Assembly (NCBI GenBank): GCA_044450345.1
Contig: JBIOIY010000067.1
Location: 1-14,057, forward strand
Length of the DNA stretch: 14,057 nt
Direction of reading: 5' to 3'
DNA from: Thermodesulfovibrionales bacterium
GTDB lineage: Bacteria; Nitrospirota; Thermodesulfovibrionia; Thermodesulfovibrionales; UBA6898
The notes beneath the pieces were generated by a model, which was not told the origin of the DNA, did not search any database, and saw only the letters and a list, made by a program, of their open reading frames with translations. The translations under genes and the position numbers were made by a program. Every line of letters begins with the position of its first letter. The first letter of the stretch is position 1. Below are positions 8,101 through 13,896 of this stretch, in pieces.

Positions 8101-9223
8101 TCAGACGACTATAGACAAAAGGCCTGCAAATATCCATCGCCAGATCGAGCGGCAAGCCGCATTGATGCAACTTCAGCTCGGGCCCGACTGCTATCACGGA
8201 CCTACCGGAGTAGTCGGCGCGCTTTCCGAGCAGGTTGCGCCGCATCGTGCCCTCTTTCTTCTCGATCCTCGAGGAAAGAGACTTCAGCACTTTTTTTCCC
8301 GTGCGATCTTTCGCCATCTGCAGCTTTCCATTTGAAAAAAGCGCGTCCACGGCACCCTGGAGCAGTTTTCGCTCGATGTTAATGAGGGCCTCGGGCATGG
8401 CTCTCTGGTAGAGGCCTTGGAGACGATTGTTCCGGATGATTACGCGTGCATACAGGTCGTTGAGATCGGAACTCGCCACCGTCCCATCATCAAATACAAT
8501 CACGGGCCTTAGATCTGGCGGCATCACCGGAAGATGTGTCAGAAGTATCCACATTGGGTCAACACCGGATTTATATAGATCGCGCACAAGAAGTAACCGA
8601 GCGTTTACCCTTCGTGACGGCTTCTTGCCTCGGAGTTCGTTCATTAGGTGAGGGAGATTCAGCTCCTTCAGTTTTTTTCGGATGAGCTTGCCGCCGCTGA
8701 GCGCCCTAAAACCGCCATCATTTGAGTTCTCTGTCTCGTAGTGCAGGTAGGCGCTCGCTGAAATGATCTGATTCGTCTCGTAGGGACTTTCCCCGGGCTG
8801 CTCCACAACATAAGAATTACATTCGACAATCGCGTCGATTTGTCTAGGGGGAATGGCCAGCAGCAGGGCTAATGTCCGGCGATACCACGGATGCACGATA
8901 GGCACGGCCAGCTTGATATGCCCCATGCGTTTGCGCCGCTCTTTAGGGTCTGCAAGCGTCACGCCGCACCGGCTGCACCGAACGAGCTTTTTTCGGTAAT
9001 CGCGGTGATAGGTGCCGCAGCCACAGACACCGCGCTGGACCGGGCCGAAGATTCGCTGGCAAAGAAGACCGCCTGGAACGGGTACCATTGTTGCCGCATC
9101 AAGCGTCTCATGTCTGGTAACTTCGCCGTAGGACAACTCAAGCACGCGCTCAGGACTCATAAGGGAAATCCTCAATCCCTCAATTAGACCGTCTCTTTTT
9201 GTATCATCTTTTTTTTGTTGCAT
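5171..9223 (-). CDS. rpoC: DNA-directed RNA polymerase beta-prime subunit, divergent orphan paralogue
   Basis: 1350 aa with NADFDGD (7865-7885), N-terminal Zn site (CGC...CSRC), NLLGKRADYSGRSVI, LNRAPSLHR, second Zn site (C...C-x6-C-x2-C), trigger loop GEPGTQLTLRTFH, an SI3-type insertion and a C-terminal SAASFQ...KEN...GTG segment. No rpoB upstream and no rpsL downstream. Confidence 0.97.
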   Translation of the reverse strand: MQQKKDDTKRDGLIEGLRISLMSPERVLELSYGEVTRHETLDAATMVPVPGGLLCQRIFGPVQRGVCGCGTYHRDYRKKLVRCSRCGVTLADPKERRKRMGHIKLAVPIVHPWYRRTLALLLAIPPRQIDAIVECNSYVVEQPGESPYETNQIISASAYLHYETENSNDGGFRALSGGKLIRKKLKELNLPHLMNELRGKKPSRRVNARLLLVRDLYKSGVDPMWILLTHLPVMPPDLRPVIVFDDGTVASSDLNDLYARVIIRNNRLQGLYQRAMPEALINIERKLLQGAVDALFSNGKLQMAKDRTGKKVLKSLSSRIEKKEGTMRRNLLGKRADYSGRSVIAVGPELKLHQCGLPLDLAMDICRPFVYSRLRKMGYASSLAHARIMVEKRTAASVEALEDVLSEKTVLLNRAPSLHRMSIQAFTPVLHKERAIRLHPLVCSAFNADFDGDQMGVHLPVTVEAQVEARILMMSINNILSPASGKISVAPTQDIVLGVYYLTKDRGGCPGEGKLFADKDDVIMAYDQKLLDLHSKVKVRIDGQLVDTTPGRVIFSEIIPPALPFSSVNKTLKKKDLGKLLEMCYEQAGQGATVIFLDKIKEIGFKFATLSGISLSISDVTIPIEKQAIIAETEAQVKDVLDEFANGLLNEEGKHNRIVDLWKKASEAIADKVMASLGVADHEGLSEAERTDMKEFNSVFMMADSGARGSREQIRQLAGMRGLMAKPNGELVEIPIKSNFKEGLTYHEYLLSCHGARKGRADGALKTKTAGHFTRRLVDCAHDVIVNAYDCGCTDGFPLSALYDGDDLVIPLKDRIIGRVLAEEMRESVSGEVLAHRNDIVTKEIAAKIEEAGFSEVAVRSPITCAQRPGICALCYGHDLATRALPIIGDAVGIIAGQSVGEPGTQLTLRTFHEGGSAAGSGAKADLFAKSQGAVTFKDILAVRGDAGLVVVGRNGRISISRHGSETDAGSVPYGATLTVEEWDIIEPGQKLAHWDPFNLPLVATAGGVAKLNGCSDGKTITRNMDSKTGITLTIVSAIFEHTVPQVSIGEKQYYLPIGAIVLVKEGQNVSPGDVLAYVPKAAEKNADITGGLKRVLQVIEIREMQNTAVIAEIDGQVTIYPPRGKMLGVEIINDNDRWRCDVSIYRQLNIFSGDVVRKGDILAEGPLDILDVLRILGAKKVALHVIDEVQKVYRSQGVELNDKHLEIILRKMLAKVLIVDPGDTDFVVDEIVSKWMFAEENDRTKGKRAVAKPLIVSLTDAALLSDSWLSAASFQNTTLILAEAALRKRLDPLSGTKENILTGNMVPVGTGHPVYSATYLPSSSPLPQPQPSRRVAQAQKKFAKLFKDE

Positions 9224-9229
9224 TTGTCG

Positions 9230-9247
9230 TGATGCTTATGATGCTTA
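9230..9247. repeat. 9-bp tandem duplication TGATGCTTA x2
   Basis: Exact copies at 9230-9238 and 9239-9247; the second includes the upstream gene's stop codon. Confidence 0.8.
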
Positions 9248-10099
9248 AAGGAATGGTGCCTCGCCATCTCTAATGGTGATCCACTTCGTCCCGACAAAGC
9301 CGCCGCGTACGAAACTCTCGAACGTGCCGAAATACACGCGTTCGTATAGGTCATCGAGGCTTTTAAATACCTCATTTTTTTTGGCGTGTTTCTTTTCACT
9401 CTCTATATAGCGCGAAAAGTGCTCGCGTAGTATCTCGATTCTGCGTGTGTGAGTGCAGATGATAAAGCTCATCCACCTGTTCTTGACCCACAAGGTATGC
9501 GCCTTCGCTGCCACCAATCGCTCGTCGAGAGTCCCGTTGTCGATTTCGATACCCAGGGATTTTTGCCTGACTTTGTCTTTTTGCTGAAATGTGAAACGAA
9601 TGAACAGATCCGGATAGGGCATCCTTTTTTTTGCCCCCTTGGATGCGCTTTTAAGACTGTTTTCGTCCTCCATGGAAAAATCGTATATGACTTTGGCGCT
9701 TTCGCGCTTTATAGCCTTGACCACAGCTACTACCTGCATCTCGTGGGCGACAGTCCATTTATTTGGGAGGGTATACCGGATACGCCTGGCATCCCAACTT
9801 TCCCGCTCTATGAGGACAGCGGCTGAGTGGGGGGTCAAGGCATAGAGAGCATGAACGCCTTTGCCGTGTCGGTCACAGTAAATCCTGGACGCAATATAGT
9901 CATCCTTCTTTAACGCGAATATTCTTTTTTGAAAGGCGCTATACGACATATCGTGCTTCGTCTTCTTTTTCCCGTCTGTTTCATCCACCGGATTCTTGGC
10001 TATGACCCTCTTTAGTTCACTTATGATCTGCTCGGCTGTCATAGGGCCGCTGGATAGCACCCGGAAAATATCCATATCTCTGGATGTGATGAATGCCAT
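9245..10099 (-). CDS. Replication-relaxation family protein (N-terminal wHTH + PD-(D/E)xK-like domain)
   Basis: ITSRDMDIFRVL...MTAEQI N-terminus, YALT wing, AHEMQV, PYPDLFI and GIEIDNGT match the PF13814-type pattern by eye. Starts 3 nt after the parB stop, with AGGAG upstream. Confidence 0.75.
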   Translation of the reverse strand: MAFITSRDMDIFRVLSSGPMTAEQIISELKRVIAKNPVDETDGKKKTKHDMSYSAFQKRIFALKKDDYIASRIYCDRHGKGVHALYALTPHSAAVLIERESWDARRIRYTLPNKWTVAHEMQVVAVVKAIKRESAKVIYDFSMEDENSLKSASKGAKKRMPYPDLFIRFTFQQKDKVRQKSLGIEIDNGTLDERLVAAKAHTLWVKNRWMSFIICTHTRRIEILREHFSRYIESEKKHAKKNEVFKSLDDLYERVYFGTFESFVRGGFVGTKWITIRDGEAPFL

Positions 10100-10102
10100 T
10101 CC

Positions 10103-10999
10103 TTATTTCTCCTTTGCCCCTATCTCGGCAACTTTTTGCCTGAAGGCAGAAAAGCCCGCATCGATGGCAGTCAATGTGTCCTCAGCTACAGCCTCACCTT
10201 TCTTGATACGGATGCGGAAAATGATATCCTTAGCGGATTCTCTAATCATCCCAGGGTCATCACTATCACCATCCCCTTTTTTATTTAAAAACTTTAACAG
10301 TAGCCCGGGGATGCTTTCCTTGGGTCCTTCCCTCCCGAACCGGCGAATGATGCGGTCATATTCGCGGCGGTTTGCTTTCGATATTTTTTTTAGCTCGCCT
10401 ACAATTTTCGTGTATCCCTCGGCTGTCGCCCTGTCGACCTCTGAAGCCTGATTCAGAAAAAGGGCCGAGACTTCCGGGATACTGGTGATCGCCTCATGCA
10501 ACTTGAAATATTTTGCAACCGTCGACTTATCCTTGCCCACCTGTTTAGCTACCCCCTCCGCGGTTTCGTAGTCCTGCCTCAACTCGACATACCCAAACAC
10601 AGTGTCCACGAAGTTCAGGTCTTCGCGCTGGATATTTTCCAGCAATCCTTCCCGTCTCATTTCTTTGTCATCATAGTCTTTGATGAATGCGGGAATTTCT
10701 GTGAGGCCCGCAAGTCGAGCTGCCCGGACACGCCGTTCGCCTGCGACGATCTCAAACAGATGAGGCGCTTCTGGGTCCTTCGCCTTTCGCACAGTAATCG
10801 GGCTTCTAACTCCGTCGGCTTTGATGGTTTCGGCAAGGCCGTTGAGAGCGGCTTGGTCGAAAGCTTTTCTTGGCTGAAATGGGTTCGGCGCTACCTTATC
10901 CAGCGGGATAAAAACGGCCTCGGCAGCCACCGAGTTTTTGTCCATGCTTGCTGCCGCGTCCCTGAGAATGTCATGTGTCGTTGCTCGTTTTGTGTCCAA
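10103..10999 (-). CDS. parB: ParB/RepB/Spo0J family CTPase DNA-clamp protein
   Basis: PNPFQPRKAF, IVAGERRVRAA (GxxRxxA arginine patch), ENIQREDL and an HTH (AEGVAKQVGKDKSTVAKY); GGAGG 6 nt before the TTG start. No parA in the window. Confidence 0.93.
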   Translation of the reverse strand: MDTKRATTHDILRDAAASMDKNSVAAEAVFIPLDKVAPNPFQPRKAFDQAALNGLAETIKADGVRSPITVRKAKDPEAPHLFEIVAGERRVRAARLAGLTEIPAFIKDYDDKEMRREGLLENIQREDLNFVDTVFGYVELRQDYETAEGVAKQVGKDKSTVAKYFKLHEAITSIPEVSALFLNQASEVDRATAEGYTKIVGELKKISKANRREYDRIIRRFGREGPKESIPGLLLKFLNKKGDGDSDDPGMIRESAKDIIFRIRIKKGEAVAEDTLTAIDAGFSAFRQKVAEIGAKEK

Positions 11000-11040
11000 G
11001 ATAAACCTCCATGAGTTGTTTTTTTAAGGACTGTTAAGTG

Positions 11041-11068
11041 ATATTAAAGAGCACCGAACCAAGTGCAA
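11041..11068 (-). promoter_or_regulatory. Candidate sigma70 promoter for the parB operon
   Basis: Minus strand TTGCAC-16 nt-TAATAT about 40 nt upstream of the parB start. Confidence 0.4.
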
Positions 11069-11106
11069 AAAAAAAGTGGCGCTCCGCCACCCCTTTTCCG
11101 CACTTT
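11061..11106 (-). terminator. Intrinsic terminator upstream of parB
   Basis: Minus strand GTGGCG-GAG-CGCCAC followed by T9, extendable by GGAAAAGGG/U9 and AAGTGC/GCACTT pairing. Confidence 0.7.
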
Positions 11107-11112
11107 CACCCA

Positions 11113-11184
11113 CTGGTAAAAATCCTAGTAAAACAGCTCGAAAAAAACATGGTAAATACCCCCGTAAAAACCCTGGTAAATCTG
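11113..11184. repeat. Six degenerate 12-bp tandem repeats (consensus about CTGGTAAAAAcc)
   Basis: CTGGTAAAAATC CTAGTAAAACAG CTCGAAAAAAAC ATGGTAAATACC CCCGTAAAAACC CTGGTAAATCTG. Confidence 0.75.
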
Positions 11185-11479
11185 CAAACCCTCTTTTCCC
11201 CCTTTGGTTTCCTTAAATATCAGCTACTTACAGACCTATTACTGACCGCCTGCGGCTTTCCATTAACCCCTCCCACTACCACTTTTTTTGACCCTTGTTT
11301 TATTACCCTCTTTTTTGCCCTTTATTCCTAACGCCCCTCAACTCCTCTTTCTGCCCGTAAGCCTACGTATTTTCAGCGTTTTGTAATACTTCTAGCCTCT
11401 CTCGTAAAACTCTTTTTTTAGACCTCTTGTGCATTAACATTTTTTCCCTTTGTTTTCCTTGTGTTAGCTGTCCTCTTCC

Positions 11480-11508
11480 TTGACCGAAGGGTCATTTCCC
11501 GGTATAAT
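11480..11508 (+). promoter_or_regulatory. Near-consensus sigma70 promoter with an inverted repeat over the -35
   Basis: TTGACC-17 nt-TATAAT; TGACC-GAAG-GGTCA at 11481-11494. Confidence 0.7.
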
Positions 11509-11932
11509 TATAGTAATTCGTTGTACCGACATAGGATTTACTCCTCATAAAGCTCTCTGAGCCTGATATAAAGCTGGCAACTCTTTTTGTGCCTTTCGAT
11601 GGCTTAATTACGCCACTACCCCTTAATTTATTTGTACTGCTTACTTATTTACAGTCACTTCCTTATTTATTGATTTCCCTTCCCCTTTTGTAAGCCCCTC
11701 TTTTTGCTGTCGCAATTCGCCGGTATCCTCCCTTGCCTTTATCACGGTCGATTTCACTACTTGGGGTGTCTTATGCCAACTTGCAACTACATATTTCTTA
11801 AAAGCGTTTCTATTCCTGTTGTACTGCTTATCCTGGCAGGAGATTTATGACCCCTGTCACACCTTTTGCAAGTATTGTCATAGCGGCGATTCCCCATGAA
11901 CCGTACCGGGAGGGGGGAGGCTCATCGCTATA

Positions 11933-12082
11933 TCAATCAACCCTTAGCCTTATGTTTCCACCGCGGTAGTAGTCACTCTTACTTGCATCGTCTGCAGCAT
12001 CGTTTAATGGCTTCATGAAGAAGACCATTAAGCCGAACAGCCAGGCAGAAGTTATCTCGATTGCCGATCCCACCAGTTCCAT
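11933..12082 (-). CDS. Possible 49-aa small membrane peptide
   Basis: MELVGSAIEITSAWLFGLMVFFMKPLNDAADDASKSDYYRGGNIRLRVD*: hydrophobic N-half and charged C-half. The GAGG is too close to the ATG for a good RBS. Confidence 0.3.
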   Translation of the reverse strand: MELVGSAIEITSAWLFGLMVFFMKPLNDAADDASKSDYYRGGNIRLRVD

Positions 12083-12377
12083 TTCCTCAGCGCCATTTCC
12101 CTATTGCCTCTCATTTCTTATTCACAAAAAAAATCAGCTTTTCGTCAAGACCCTCCCTCCCCAAATATTTTCTTTTCCCAAAATAAAATCAAAATTCTCG
12201 ACTCCGCAATCCAACAGATTCTTTCCCGGAAGATTACCCCCTTTCTTTTTTCCAACCGCTTCAGACAACTCCTTTCGTTTGTTTTCGACAGCAACAAACC
12301 ATACTGATTCACCCACCATTCCTCTTCACCCACGCATCAAATCTTTAGTCGTTAAGAGGCATTTCTTTGTCTCTCCG

Positions 12378-12460
12378 CAACGGGAAAGGCATGTCAACTT
12401 ACTTTCCCTTTGTTCAGCATCTCCAGTTCTAAACTCTGGCAAAAAGTGACGTAGTTGGAC
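12378..12460 (+). ncRNA. Conserved structured upstream element, copy 1 (RNA or ssDNA)
   Basis: GGGAAAG-[GCATGTCAACTTA]-CTTTCCC; CCAG-[TTCTAAACT]-CTGG; GTGACGTAGTTGG. Confidence 0.65.
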
Positions 12461-12522
12461 CTTCTTCTCGGCTTACCTTTGGTGAGTCGCCAGCTTTAAC
12501 AGTCTTTCTCTAGGAGGATTCC

Positions 12523-12654
12523 ATGAAGACACAGGTATTGGTCCTGGTTCTCGCTTTTTCGATGATCATCAGTCTCGGCTTATATGCCGGCAAAGTTCTC
12601 AAGGATTTTCAGCAGAGGCAGATCGAAAAAGTCGAACACGCCCTTAATCAGTAG
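12523..12654 (+). CDS. 43-aa single-pass membrane or secreted hypothetical protein
   Basis: AGGAGG 5 nt before ATG; MKTQVLVLVLAFSMIISLGLYAGKVLKDFQQRQIEKVEHALNQ*. Not in the ORF track. Confidence 0.75.
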   Translation: MKTQVLVLVLAFSMIISLGLYAGKVLKDFQQRQIEKVEHALNQ

Positions 12655-12710
12655 CCCCCATCTTTACACGAGACATTTCGCAGCATCACAGCAGATTTAC
12701 CCTCATACGA

Positions 12711-12794
12711 TTCCTTTTGAGGCATGCCAACTTACTCGAAGGGAAGTTTTGACACACCAGTCCTAAACCCTGGTCAAAGGTGACGTAGTCGGGC
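12711..12794 (+). ncRNA. Conserved structured upstream element, copy 2
   Basis: TTCCTTTTGAG-[GCATGCCAACTTA]-CTCGAAGGGAA (11 bp, two G-U); ACCAG-[TCCTAAACC]-CTGGT; GTGACGTAGTCGG. Confidence 0.65.
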
Positions 12795-12817
12795 AAAAGA
12801 CAATTCGGAGGTTCCAG

Positions 12818-13048
12818 ATGAGCGGAATGAAAACAGTGTCAAGTCAGCTTTCAAGATGGTTCGGTGGCGTTGATGCCCAGAGACTCTTGAACGGCATTCA
12901 GGCCGAGATATCCCATGACCGTGCCGCAAAGCTATTCGGCGTCAACGAAGACAGACCCTCCGCCTATATCCTGATGGACAACCTTTCTTTCTCTGTAAAA
13001 AGGAACGTCACTGCCGCCACCGTCTTCGTACGTGTTGCGAACTGCTGA
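12818..13048 (+). CDS. Hypothetical protein (76 aa)
   Basis: GGAGG at 12807-12811, 6 nt before ATG, directly after element copy 2. No recognised domain. Confidence 0.65.
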   Translation: MSGMKTVSSQLSRWFGGVDAQRLLNGIQAEISHDRAAKLFGVNEDRPSAYILMDNLSFSVKRNVTAATVFVRVANC

Positions 13049-13059
13049 CCCTGATAAAC

Positions 13060-13305
13060 ATGAGAGGAAAGAAAAAGCCGACTGAAAAGACGGTAGTGGT
13101 AATCAGAAGCATGCCGGAGTTTCATACTTTGTACGGCGGGGATATGCCGATGTTTGGCAAGAACCACGGGAACGAAAAGATCCGGACAGTTGAGGGTCTA
13201 CGCGGGTTCCGTACGAAGAGAGGCCATTTTATAGACCGTGCATGGGTAAAGCAGGCGCAGCTATCTGCGGGGCAACTGTCTTGTTTTCCGAAGATCCGAT
13301 TGTGA
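13060..13305 (+). CDS. Hypothetical basic protein (81 aa)
   Basis: ATG 11 nt after the previous stop on the same strand; no clear RBS; no recognised domain. Confidence 0.5.
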   Translation: MRGKKKPTEKTVVVIRSMPEFHTLYGGDMPMFGKNHGNEKIRTVEGLRGFRTKRGHFIDRAWVKQAQLSAGQLSCFPKIRL

Positions 13306-13455
13306 TGAATGGCAATGAGTCCCTAATGGCCGCCTGCTGCAGAAACCGGCTGCAACGCATACGGAGAAAGCTACGGGCATCCGACAACCCTTAACCGGCC
13401 GGCAAAGCGTTTCAGACAGTTTAAGGCCGGCAAAACAACCAACAAGGAGAAAAAT

Positions 13456-13656
13456 ATGGCAAGCAAGATCGCCAAAGACAATCTGCGCAAGGCTATCGAG
13501 ACCTGCGAGCGCTATCAAAGAGGCATCAATCTTTCCGACGTGAGAGTGACAAATCTCAGAATAGGGAAGGGCACGGTCGCAGCCGACGTCACTGTGGTTA
13601 ACGACGATGGGCATACGAAGAAGCTCCGTAACAGATACGACATCTTCTCACTTTAG
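13456..13656 (+). CDS. Hypothetical protein (66 aa)
   Basis: AAGGAG followed by an A-rich spacer and ATG; plausible alpha+beta pattern; no recognised domain. Confidence 0.7.
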   Translation: MASKIAKDNLRKAIETCERYQRGINLSDVRVTNLRIGKGTVAADVTVVNDDGHTKKLRNRYDIFSL

Positions 13657-13867
13657 CTCCGTCCGCATACAACCTTCCCCTATATGTCTGTCATCCCCCG
13701 TAAGTCAAGACGAGTTCCTTTCCAGAACCTACATCACAGATACGCTGTTATCCCGCAATAAGCTGGAAGGACTTCCAACCAGTATGAAGGACTGAACCAG
13801 GGTAGTACACACTCGAGCAAAGATCACGGACATGTTCGACATGATCGTCTGATCTGCCCACGATGAA

Positions 13868-13896
13868 ACGCAATAGGAAAGTACGCAATAGGAAAG
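13868..13896. repeat. Tandem duplication ACGCAATAGGAAAG x2 (15-nt period)
   Basis: Exact 14-mers at 13868-13881 and 13883-13896; duplicates most of the 5' arm of element copy 3. Confidence 0.85.

Noticed and set aside
5171..9223. Housekeeping rpoC, or a decayed pseudogene
   Set aside because: The context lacks rpoB and ribosomal genes and many invariant motifs are altered, yet the 1350-codon frame and catalytic residues are intact.
789..10451. Many short ORFs antisense to or overlapping the long genes
   Set aside because: They are shadow frames of well-supported genes and show no recognisable motifs.
11038..11331. 97-aa plus-strand ORF
   Set aside because: No RBS, low complexity, and it crosses the terminator and repeat array.
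11829..11841. MOBP-type oriT nick core (TATCCTG)
   Set aside because: The following base is G rather than a pyrimidine, there is no clear upstream inverted repeat, no MOBP relaxase is in the window, and a 7-mer can occur by chance.
12015..12449. 144-aa ORF and overlapping short ORFs
   Set aside because: F/S/P/K-rich product of the pyrimidine and A-tract skew, no RBS, and it overlaps structured element copy 1.
13290..13432. Fourth motif copy, or a put-like or GEMM-like RNA before ORF 13456
   Set aside because: Only fragments are present (GGCATCCGAC, GATGAATGGCAATG, AAAGCTACGGG, CCGGCC/GGCCGG), without the required stems, CTAAAC loop or GTGACGTA.
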